From NCBI GenBank assembly GCA_031409335.1, contig JANNWY010000171.1, positions 1 through 17,864 on the forward strand: a stretch of DNA of 17,864 nucleotides. Reading direction: 5' to 3'. Source of the DNA: Chthoniobacteraceae bacterium (GTDB lineage Bacteria; Verrucomicrobiota; Verrucomicrobiia; Chthoniobacterales; Chthoniobacteraceae). Each line of letters starts with the position of its first letter. Position 1 is the first letter of the stretch. The notes under the pieces were generated by a model. The model made no database searches, was not told where the DNA came from, and saw only the letters and a list, made by a program, of their open reading frames with translations. The position numbers and the translations under genes were made by a program. Shown here piece after piece: positions 1 to 12,214 of this stretch.

Positions 1-346
1 GCGAAACACCGCGCGCGAATCGGTTGTTCTGGCGATGGCAACCGGAGCAGCGAGGCCGTCTCCAAAAAACGGCCGGCTCTAGCTGCGGAGGTTGTGAGTA
101 ACTGCCGCGGAAGATGGGGGCAGTTATTCAAATCGCCGGAAGCAACCGATTTGATTTCGCGCCTGCCGAGAATCCTGAACTCAAGTTTAGCGAAACCGAA
201 AGCATGGCCGCCCAAGTCGAGCGCAACGCGGCAAGCGCCGTGGGCGAATTCCGAAGTAACCGATGCCGCCGTGCGGCTGATGCTGGAGGCGTTTGCGGAC
301 TGATCCCTCGCGGCTCCGTTCGTTTCGCGCGGGCGGTGAGTAGCGA

Positions 347-376
347 TTGACAGCACGCCCATTCCGCGTCGATAAA
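347..376 (+). promoter_or_regulatory. Putative sigma70-type promoter for block 1 (-35 TTGACA 347-352; weak -10 GATAAA 371-376)
   Basis: Perfect TTGACA, 18-nt spacer, 4/6 match to TATAAT. The predicted +1 falls near the GTG at 383, which would give a leaderless mRNA. The ORF track's TTG start at 347 is probably this -35 box. Confidence 0.4.
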
Positions 377-382
377 ACGCCC

Positions 383-799
383 GTGCGCTTCTCGCTCCGC
401 ATCTTTTCATTGCTGACTTTTCTCGGCTGGCTCTTTGCCACCGGGCATGTCGCGGCGGAGCATCACGGGATGTCGGTGGCGGGCGGTGTTCATCACGAGA
501 TGGAGGGCGGGGCCGATCACCACGACGATGCGCCGGGGCACGACGGCGATCATCACGGGCACGATCTCATGGCATTTGCGCCGGGACATTTTGCGAAGAC
601 TGCGGAGCTAAAGGCGCTCGCGCCGGTGTGGGTGCCGCTTTCAGGCGCGGTCGTCGAGCGTTTGCTCGCGATGGTGCGCGAGACGGAGGATGCGAGTTGG
701 TCGGCGGATGGCGGCCCGCCGCTGGCAGATGAAAGACTCTCGGGCTGGCTCCTGGTGGTTCAGACCGCGCTTCCGGTGCGCGGTCCTTCGTTGATCTAA
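383..799 (+). CDS. Small exported His-rich protein / putative metal-sensing leader (CzcI-position, DUF2946-like architecture), ~138 aa from GTG 383
   Basis: N-terminal hydrophobic signal-like segment (RIFSLLTFLGWLFATGHVAA), 12 His and no Cys, C-terminus ALPVRGPSLI. Lies directly upstream of the czcC-like gene. Start could be 347 (TTG) or 383 (GTG). Confidence 0.75.
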   Translation: MRFSLRIFSLLTFLGWLFATGHVAAEHHGMSVAGGVHHEMEGGADHHDDAPGHDGDHHGHDLMAFAPGHFAKTAELKALAPVWVPLSGAVVERLLAMVRETEDASWSADGGPPLADERLSGWLLVVQTALPVRGPSLI

Positions 800-827
800 A
801 GTCAGTCCCGTTCGGGTCTGACTTTTT
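798..827 (+). terminator. Terminator/attenuator-like hairpin overlapping the leader stop codon
   Basis: AAAGTCAG (798-805) pairs with CTGACTTT (818-825); T.T mismatch; CCC/GGG inner stem; GTTC loop; T-run 823-827. Confidence 0.6.
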
Positions 828-915
828 CGCACGTTCACGCGGCGCACTTTCGCGCCTGCGTTTCGGGCACGCCGCTGCGCGCCGCCATCTCCTTTCACCT
901 TCCAATCAAACACCC

Positions 916-2193
916 ATGAAAACCTTTCCATCCATCTTTCTCATCTGCCTCACGAGCCGCCTGCTGGCGGCAGAAGGAGGCACCCTCACGCTGCCCGAGG
1001 CGCTCGCTCTGGCGACTTCCAAAAGCCCGGAACTCGCGGCTTTTTCCTACGACCAGCGAGCCGCGGATGCGCGGCTGCTGCAAGCGGGTCTAAAGCCCAA
1101 TCCGGTCGTTTCGCTGGAGGGAGAGGACTTCCTCGGCGGCGGTGACTACAGCGGCTTGCAGCAAAGTCAGACGACGCTTTCGCTCGGGCAATTGCTCGAA
1201 CTCGGCGGCAAACGTGGCGCGCGGATCGAGGTGGCGCGGGCCGGGCAGATTGCTGTGCAATTCGACTATGAGGCAAAGCGTCGGGACGTGTTGCGCCGGA
1301 CGACGGAGGCATTCGTCGAGGTGCTCGGAGCGCAGCGGCGCGTCGATCTCGCGGAGGAAACTGCGAAGCTCGCGGGCGAGTTCATCCCGCTGATGCAGAA
1401 GCGGGCCGCGGCGGGGGTGGCCTCGACTGTGGAGACGGCGCGCGGCGATGTGGCGCTGGCCACGGCGCAGATCGGCGTGGAGCAGGCGCGGCGCGATCTT
1501 GCCGCTGCACGTCGGACGCTCGCGACGCAATGGGGCGCGAAGGAGGCGAGCTTTGCGGAAGTGTCTGGCGACTTGGGCCGGCGTCCGCCGCTGCCGAGTT
1601 TTGCAACGCTTCAATCGAAGCTCGCGCGGCATCCGCTCGTCGCCCGCTGGGATGCGGAGCGGGATGTGCGGACGGCCATCGTGGCGCGGGAAAAAGCGAA
1701 CGCGAAACCGGACATCACGTTCTCCGGCGGAGCGCGCTGGCTGGCGAACGACGGGCATGGCGAACCGGCGCTGGTTGCGGGTGTTTCAATTCCGTGGCCG
1801 CTCGCGAATCGCAACCAGGGGAACATCGCCGAAGCCCAGGCGCTCGCAGGGAAGACTGAGGCGGAGAAGCGTGCAACTCAGGCGGCGCTCACCGCCCAAC
1901 TCGGCGAAGCATGGGAGGCGCTCGCCAAGGCGCTCAAACAACTCGAAATCCTCGACGGCAAACTCCTCCCTGCGGCGAACAGCGCCATCGAGGCGGCCAG
2001 CACCGCGTATGAAGCCGGGCGCTTGAGCCAGCTCGAAATCCTCGATGCTCGCCGGACGCTTACCGACGCGCGCACCCAGGCGCTCCAAGCCCGCATCGCC
2101 GCGCACAAGGCCGCGGCCACTCTCGATGCGCTCACCGCCTCCTCACCCGACTTCACGGACAAAAACGTCCAGCCCCCCGCGCGCAAACGCTAA
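916..2193 (+). CDS. czcC: TolC-family outer membrane factor, CzcC-like (425 aa)
   Basis: Signal peptide; OEP-type motifs (LTLPEALALA..SPEL, QAGLKPNP, QLLELGGKRGAR, SIPWPLANRNQGNI, YEAGRLSQLEILDARR); first gene of a C-B-A triplet. Confidence 0.9.
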   Translation: MKTFPSIFLICLTSRLLAAEGGTLTLPEALALATSKSPELAAFSYDQRAADARLLQAGLKPNPVVSLEGEDFLGGGDYSGLQQSQTTLSLGQLLELGGKRGARIEVARAGQIAVQFDYEAKRRDVLRRTTEAFVEVLGAQRRVDLAEETAKLAGEFIPLMQKRAAAGVASTVETARGDVALATAQIGVEQARRDLAAARRTLATQWGAKEASFAEVSGDLGRRPPLPSFATLQSKLARHPLVARWDAERDVRTAIVAREKANAKPDITFSGGARWLANDGHGEPALVAGVSIPWPLANRNQGNIAEAQALAGKTEAEKRATQAALTAQLGEAWEALAKALKQLEILDGKLLPAANSAIEAASTAYEAGRLSQLEILDARRTLTDARTQALQARIAAHKAAATLDALTASSPDFTDKNVQPPARKR

Positions 2194-2217
2194 CCGAACC
2201 CACCTTTTCCACACTTC

Positions 2218-6706
<4,489 letters not shown>

Positions 6707-6709
6707 TCC

Positions 6710-7825
6710 ATGCCAGACTTCGTTCAAGCACTGCAAAGCGGCAGCACGAGCCTCTGGCTTTTCATCCCCACCGCCATCCTGCTCGGAGCCTTGCACGGGC
6801 TGGAGCCGGGGCACTCGAAGACGATGATGGCTGCGTTCATTATTGCCATCCGGGGCAGCATCGCGCAGGCCGTCCTGCTCGGCGTTTCCGCGGCGATTTC
6901 GCACTCCTTCATCATCGCGGTGCTCGCGTTCGCGGCGCTGCATTTAGGCAGTCAGTGGAACGCGGAGAACATCGAGCCTTATCTGCAAATCGGTTCCGCT
7001 GTCTTCATCCTCGCGCTCGCCGTCTGGATGTTCCTGCGCACGCGGAGGGACTTGCGCGACGCGCATCATCATCACGACCACGGACACCATCACCAAGGCC
7101 ATGACCACGAGCACGACGAAACATTCCTGCTCGATACGGACCACGGCAGAATCGAACTGAGCGTCTTCGAGGATGGCGTGCCGCCGGTCTTCCGCCTGCG
7201 CGCGCCGCTGGGTGAGACGCTGCCAGACGCGGCCAGCGTAGCCGTCGAAACCGTGCGCCCCGACGGCGCGCGGCAGACGTTCGCCTTTACCGCCAAAGGC
7301 GACGTTCTCGAATCACGCGGTTCGATTCCCGAGCCACACGAGTTCGATGTGGTGATGACCGTGACTGCGGGCGGCGAGCGCCACACCGCGCGCGCAGAAT
7401 TCCGCGAAGATGCCCACGCCCACGGCGAGGGCACGGACTTCCAGGATGCGCACGAACTCGAACACGCCGAGGACATCCGCCAGCGCTTCGCCGGGCGGGC
7501 CGTCACCACACCGCAGATCGTGCTCTTCGGCATCACCGGCGGCCTCATGCCGTGCCCTGCCGCATTCAGCGTCCTGCTCATCTGTTTGCAGCTCAAACGC
7601 ATCGCCCTTGGCTTCACGATGGTCGCGTCGTTCAGCTTTGGCCTCGCGCTCACGATGGTCACGACTGGCGTGCTCGCTGCCTGGAGCGTGCAGCACGCCT
7701 CGCGGAAGTTCCGCGGCTTCGGCGAAGCGATGCGGCGCGCGCCTTACATCTCATGCGCAGTGCTCGTGATCATCGCGCTCTACATGGCCGTCCACGGCTG
7801 GCGCGGCCTCGCCGCCCATACCTGA
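6710..7825 (+). CDS. rcnA: RcnA-family Ni/Co efflux transporter with His-rich loop and inserted soluble domain (371 aa)
   Basis: LGALHGLEPGHSKTMMAAFIIAIRG; His loop at 7064-7114; QDAHELEHAEDIRQRF; FGITGGLMPCPAA; RRAPYIS. Confidence 0.9.
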   Translation: MPDFVQALQSGSTSLWLFIPTAILLGALHGLEPGHSKTMMAAFIIAIRGSIAQAVLLGVSAAISHSFIIAVLAFAALHLGSQWNAENIEPYLQIGSAVFILALAVWMFLRTRRDLRDAHHHHDHGHHHQGHDHEHDETFLLDTDHGRIELSVFEDGVPPVFRLRAPLGETLPDAASVAVETVRPDGARQTFAFTAKGDVLESRGSIPEPHEFDVVMTVTAGGERHTARAEFREDAHAHGEGTDFQDAHELEHAEDIRQRFAGRAVTTPQIVLFGITGGLMPCPAAFSVLLICLQLKRIALGFTMVASFSFGLALTMVTTGVLAAWSVQHASRKFRGFGEAMRRAPYISCAVLVIIALYMAVHGWRGLAAHT

Positions 7826-9172
7826 TTGATTGTGAACGCTTCCACCACCGATTCACCGCTCTGGCGGCACGGCGTTTTTCAAAAGCTGTTCTGGGCGCAT
7901 GTCATCAGTCTCGTCGGCAGCGGGCTGAGTTCCGTCGCGCTCGCGCTGCTGGCGCATCAGTTGGTCGGGGCTTCCGCGTCGGCAGTGCTCGGCATCACGC
8001 TCGCGATCCGCATCGTCGTCATCGTCTTCTTCTCGCCGTGGGCGGGGCAAATCGCGGAACGCTGCGGCGCGCGGGTGCTGATGATCGGGAGCGACCTCCT
8101 GCGCGCCGGTATCGTCGTCGGCTTTTTCTTCGCGGAGAGCGTGTGGCAGATCTACGTCCTCGCCTTTTTTCTCAATCTCGGCGCGGCGATCTTCACGCCC
8201 GTCTATAAGGCGGTGATCCCCGGCGTGGTCTCGGAGAAGCAGTATCCGCAAGCACTGGCGCTCGGGGCCATCGCCTACGACACGGCGAACATCCTCGGCC
8301 CATCGCTCGCCGGTTTATTCATCGCGACGTTTGGTTTTCGCGGCAATTTCCTCGCCGATGCCGTCACGTTTCTGGTTAGCGCCGCGCTGCTCTTCGCCGT
8401 GCGCCGCCCGGATGTGGACGGTCTTCGCGCGAACAAGAAACCGACCGCGCTCGGGCACGGCCTCACCGCCATGTTTCAGCGCGCTCCGTTGCGCGAGACG
8501 TTGTTCCTCGCGTTGCAGGTCAGCGTCTCGGGCGCGTTTGTGCTCGTGGCGACGGTGGACTTCGTGAAAGGCCAGCTCGGCTTGCCCGACAGCGCCTACG
8601 CTTGGGCGATGGCCGCCTATGGCATCGGCTCGGTCTGCGGCGCTGCCCTCTACGCCCGCGTCTCGCCGCGCACGCGCGATCACTTCGTCGCGGCTTGCGC
8701 GCCGGCCATGCTGCTCGCCTTTGCCTTGGCCGGCGGACTCCAGCAATACATCCCGCTGCTCGTCGGCTGGGCCTTCGCCGGCGCGGCACAAAGCATTCTT
8801 GGAATCCGCGCCAATGAACTGCTCGCCGCGAACAGCGTCGGCGACGAACGCGCTCATATTTACGCCGCGCACTTTTCCCTCAGCCACGCCGGTTGGGGCC
8901 TCACCTACCCGCTGGCGGGACTGCTCACCACCGCCATCGGCTTCGCTCCCACCGCAGGCATCTTCGCCGGCCTGCTCGTGCTCGTGACGGCCCCGATGTG
9001 GTTTCAACGCGGCCGTCTCGCCGCGACCCACGCCCACGCCCCGGATCGCCAGCACGCCCACGCCCACAGCGCCCTCGAACCGCCGGGCGACTATCACACG
9101 CACGAGCACCGCCACGGCGACATCGTGCATTCCCATCCCCACCGCCACGACGTTCCGCATTCGCACGAATAA
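7826..9172 (+). CDS. nreB: MFS exporter, NreB/NrsD-like nickel resistance protein with His-rich C-terminal tail
   Basis: LFWAHVISLVGSGLSSVALALLA..VLGITLAIR; YAAHFSLSHAGWGLTYPLAG; tail HAHAPDRQHAHAH..HTHEHRHGDIVHSHPHRHDVPHSHE. Start is TTG 7826 or GTG 7832, abutting the rcnA stop. Confidence 0.8.
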   Translation: MIVNASTTDSPLWRHGVFQKLFWAHVISLVGSGLSSVALALLAHQLVGASASAVLGITLAIRIVVIVFFSPWAGQIAERCGARVLMIGSDLLRAGIVVGFFFAESVWQIYVLAFFLNLGAAIFTPVYKAVIPGVVSEKQYPQALALGAIAYDTANILGPSLAGLFIATFGFRGNFLADAVTFLVSAALLFAVRRPDVDGLRANKKPTALGHGLTAMFQRAPLRETLFLALQVSVSGAFVLVATVDFVKGQLGLPDSAYAWAMAAYGIGSVCGAALYARVSPRTRDHFVAACAPAMLLAFALAGGLQQYIPLLVGWAFAGAAQSILGIRANELLAANSVGDERAHIYAAHFSLSHAGWGLTYPLAGLLTTAIGFAPTAGIFAGLLVLVTAPMWFQRGRLAATHAHAPDRQHAHAHSALEPPGDYHTHEHRHGDIVHSHPHRHDVPHSHE

Positions 9173-9231
9173 AGTCCGCTGGACCAAACACTGCTTGAAC
9201 GACAACGATAACTGCTGCATCTAAGCGCCGA

Positions 9232-9672
9232 TTGAAACCGCGTCCTAAATCCCATATCGTCTCCATCGTGCTGTGCGTGCTCGCACTGTTCGTGGCGCAG
9301 ACGTTTGGCAGCAAGGTCGCCTACTACTGCCTGTGCGGAGGCAAGCCGGTGCCGACGCTGACTGCGTATTGCTATGGACCGCATGGAGAAGAATGTGCGG
9401 AAGAGGAAGCGAAGGCCGGCGATGCGCCCTGCGAAGACAACGAGGGTGGGGACCGCAAGGATCATCAGGTAGTGTCGCAGGAAGTGCCGATGCGGGCGAT
9501 GGACGCGAAGGCGCAGGTGTTCGCGCCGCAGGTGTTGCTGGCGGTGTTGCGCGTGGTGGATTTTGTTTATGCCGATCGGGAAGTGAAGGCTCCGACCGGT
9601 TATCTCACGAGGTTTGGGGAGTCGCCGCCGTTTGGAGTCACGGTGGCCCGCACGATCGTTCTGCGGATCTGA
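9232..9672 (+). CDS. Small exported Cys-rich protein / putative metal-sensing leader (resembles HYC_CC_PP-type architecture), 146 aa
   Basis: Signal-like N-terminus (IVSIVLCVLALFVAQTFG); YYCLCGG, YCYGPHGEEC, PCED; C-terminal SPP..RTIVLRI. Directly upstream of the second OMF. TTG start is uncertain. Confidence 0.75.
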   Translation: MKPRPKSHIVSIVLCVLALFVAQTFGSKVAYYCLCGGKPVPTLTAYCYGPHGEECAEEEAKAGDAPCEDNEGGDRKDHQVVSQEVPMRAMDAKAQVFAPQVLLAVLRVVDFVYADREVKAPTGYLTRFGESPPFGVTVARTIVLRI

Positions 9673-9676
9673 GTCA

Positions 9677-9789
9677 GGGTTTGGTGACGGCACTCGCCGT
9701 TGCCGTTTGTCGTCCGCGCCGAGCGCACCGTCGCACTCTTGCGACCCTTTAAGCGCCTGCGCGGGTCTGTCCGTCACGTCACCCAACCC
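9677..9789 (+). promoter_or_regulatory. Structured intergenic RNA between leader 2 and OMF2
   Basis: GGGTTTGGTGAC (9677-9688) pairs 11/12 with GTCACCCAACCC (9778-9789). Alternative pairing GTGACGG (9684-9690) with CCGTCAC (9771-9777). Local hairpins ACGGCA/TGCCGT (9687-9706) and GTCGCA-ctct-TGCGAC (9730-9745). Confidence 0.5.
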
Positions 9790-9797
9790 ATGCACTC

Positions 9798-11039
9798 ATG
9801 TCTTTTCCCAAATCCATTTTTCTATTCTTCGCCTGCGCGGCCTCCGCGTGGGCCGGCACCGTGTCCCTCAGTGTCGAGGGCGCAGCCGATTACGCGCTAA
9901 AGCGCAACCCAACCCTTGCTGCCGCCCGGCTCCGCATTGAGGAAGCGCGCGGGCGGCTCCAGCAAAGCGGCCGGCTCAGCAATCCTGAGCTGGAGCTGGG
10001 TTTCACGCGCAACACCGTCGGGCCGGAAGGTTCTGCGGGCATTTCGCTCATGCAGAGGTTTCCGCTCACGGCGCGGCTTCGCTTTGAAAAGGCAGTCTCC
10101 AAAGCCGAACTCGCCGCCGCCGAAGCGGAAGTGCGGGATGCCGAGCGCAAGCTCGCTGCCGAAGTCCGCACCGCTGCGGTGAAGCTGCTTGCCCTTGCTG
10201 GTCAGCGCGATCTTCGCACCAAGCAACTCGGCAACAGCCGCGAGCTTTTTAGCTTTCTCAGCAAACGCGTCGCGGCGGGCGAGGCATCCGCCGTCGATGC
10301 TTCACAGGTGGAACTCGAATCGCGCCAAATCGAAGTCGAGAACCTCATGCTCGCGGCGGATGAAGCGGTGCTGCTCGGCGAACTCCGCCCGCTGCTCGGC
10401 GTCGCGGGCGAGAACCGCGTCGCGATCACCGGTGAATTGCCCGTGCCCAAGGGCATCCCCGCCGCGCGTGAGGTTAGCGGACGGGCGGACATCCTCGCGG
10501 CCGAATCCCGCGCGGAAGCGGCGCGCTGGGTCGTGTTGGAGCAGCGCGCGCGGAAGTGGGAGGATTTCGGCATCGGCGCTTCCTACTCGCGCGACCGCAC
10601 GCTCGATGAACCCGAGCCGGTCGAAACGGAGCACATCTTCGGCATCCGGTTCAGCTTTCCGCTGCCGCTCTGGAACAACAATTCCGGGCGCATCCGCGAA
10701 GCGCAAGCCGCTGCGAAGCGGACGGAACTGGAAGTCGATGCGACTAGGCTCGGCGCGAACGCGGAAGTCTTCGCCGCGCTGAGCGCGATGCGCGCCTACG
10801 CCAAGCTCATCGGCGAACTCGACGACCAGGTGCTGCCTGCTGCTACGCGGATCGAAGAGCAGCTTCGCACCAGCTACTCGACCGGCCTCACGCCGCTCAC
10901 CGACGTGCTGCGCGCCCGCACGCGCCGGCTCGAACTCCAACGCCAGCGCCTCGATGCGCTCCGCGAATATCAACTCGCCCGCATCCGGCATTCCGCCGCG
11001 ACGAGCCAATCCAACTTAACTTCCAAGACTTACAAATAA
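9798..11039 (+). CDS. Second TolC-family outer membrane factor (413 aa)
   Basis: Signal peptide (ASAWA); ALKRNPTLAAAR..GRLSNPELE; FSFPLPLWNNNSGRI; YSTGLTPLTDVLRAR. Stop overlaps the next start (TAATG). Confidence 0.88.
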   Translation: MSFPKSIFLFFACAASAWAGTVSLSVEGAADYALKRNPTLAAARLRIEEARGRLQQSGRLSNPELELGFTRNTVGPEGSAGISLMQRFPLTARLRFEKAVSKAELAAAEAEVRDAERKLAAEVRTAAVKLLALAGQRDLRTKQLGNSRELFSFLSKRVAAGEASAVDASQVELESRQIEVENLMLAADEAVLLGELRPLLGVAGENRVAITGELPVPKGIPAAREVSGRADILAAESRAEAARWVVLEQRARKWEDFGIGASYSRDRTLDEPEPVETEHIFGIRFSFPLPLWNNNSGRIREAQAAAKRTELEVDATRLGANAEVFAALSAMRAYAKLIGELDDQVLPAATRIEEQLRTSYSTGLTPLTDVLRARTRRLELQRQRLDALREYQLARIRHSAATSQSNLTSKTYK

Positions 11040-12214
11040 TGAAACGCATCCTTCCCATTCTGGCCCTCTGCGCCGCCGCCAGCCTCGGCTTTGCCCAGGA
11101 AAAAAAGGCGGACAACAAACGCATGGCCAATACGGTCGTGCTCGACGAAACCGGGGTGAAAAATCTCCGCATCGAAACGGTGGAGGTCGATGAAACGGAC
11201 TTCGAGGAAATCATCTTCTCGCTCGGGCGCATTGAGGCGATTCCCAGCAAGACGGCGGCGGTGAGCAGCCGCGTGCCGGGACGCATCATGGAGCTGAAAG
11301 CGAACCCCGGCGATCAAGTGACTGCGGGGCAGGACGTGGCCCGCCTCGAAAGCCGCCAAGCGGGCGATCCACCGCCGAGCATCCTGCTGAAAGCACCCAT
11401 CGCGGGCCTCGTCACGAAAGTCGATGCGCGGCTCGGCGATCCGTTGGAACCGGACAAGGCGCTGCTCGAAATCACCGATCTCAGCGAAGTCTATGCGGTG
11501 GCGCGCGTGCCCGAGCATCAAGCTGGCAGCATGAAGCCGGGCACCGTCGCGCACATCAAAGTGGCCGCGTTACCAGAGGAGAACTTCGACGGCGAACTGC
11601 TGCGCTTTGGCACTTCGGCGGACAAGCAGAGCGGCACCATCGACGCGATTTTTCGCCTGCCGAACAAAGGAGGGCTGCTGCGCGCCGATATGCGCGCGGA
11701 GTTTTCCATCGTGCTTAGCAAACGCTCCGGCGTGGTCAGCGTGCCGCGGGCGGCGCTGCAAGGCGAGGCGTCGAACCGCTTCGTCTATGTGGAGGACTTC
11801 GATTTGAAAAATGCCTTCGTTAAAACGCAGGTGCAGGTCGGGCAGATGAATGATCGCTTCGTGGAAATCACGAGCGGTCTGCTGCCCGGCGACAAGGTGG
11901 TGAAGCAGGGCGCATATTCGCTGGCCTTCGCGGGCGGGGGGAGCGTGTCGCTGAAGGACGCGCTTGATGCGGCGCACGGTCACGAGCACGCGGCGGACGG
12001 CTCCGAATTGAAACCTGAAGACCAGGCCAAGAAAGCGACTGGCGACGATGGCCACGGCCACGGCGAGGGCGCGCACTCCAGCCCGCTGTGGAAGATCGTG
12101 AGCGGCGTTCTCTTTGTGCTGCTGCTCGTTTCCACGCTCACGAAGCGTGGCGGGGCCGCGCCGACGAAAATTGCCGCGAACCAACCCGCATCCAAAGCGG
12201 AGGAGGCACGGTAA
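11039..12214 (+). CDS. Second RND periplasmic adaptor (MFP) with His-rich segment and C-terminal hydrophobic helix (391 aa)
   Basis: Signal peptide MKRILPILALCAAASLGFA; VSSRVPGRI..PGDQVTAGQ; LKAPIAGLV; LRADMRAEF; VPRAAL; VEITSGLLPGDKVV; AAHGHEH..GHGHGEGAH; LWKIVSGVLFVLLLVSTL. Confidence 0.88.
   Translation: MKRILPILALCAAASLGFAQEKKADNKRMANTVVLDETGVKNLRIETVEVDETDFEEIIFSLGRIEAIPSKTAAVSSRVPGRIMELKANPGDQVTAGQDVARLESRQAGDPPPSILLKAPIAGLVTKVDARLGDPLEPDKALLEITDLSEVYAVARVPEHQAGSMKPGTVAHIKVAALPEENFDGELLRFGTSADKQSGTIDAIFRLPNKGGLLRADMRAEFSIVLSKRSGVVSVPRAALQGEASNRFVYVEDFDLKNAFVKTQVQVGQMNDRFVEITSGLLPGDKVVKQGAYSLAFAGGGSVSLKDALDAAHGHEHAADGSELKPEDQAKKATGDDGHGHGEGAHSSPLWKIVSGVLFVLLLVSTLTKRGGAAPTKIAANQPASKAEEAR

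Noticed and set aside
95..130. TAAC...GTTA inverted repeat as an integron attC site
   Set aside because: Too short, lacks the RYYYAAC/GTTRRRY boxes, and there is no integrase or cassette array.
1..350. Open frame 1-303 (ending EVTDAAVRLMLEAFAD) and ORF 114-350
   Set aside because: No recognisable family or start signal. May be the end of an upstream gene, but this cannot be supported from the window.
9195..9231. Possible promoter for leader 2 (TTGAAC at 9195-9200)
   Set aside because: No convincing -10 element at a 16-18 nt spacing; too weak to call.
12088..12213. ORF-track N-terminal extension of RND2
   Set aside because: Overlaps MFP2; ATG 12214 has an SD, TAATG coupling and a typical RND N-terminus.
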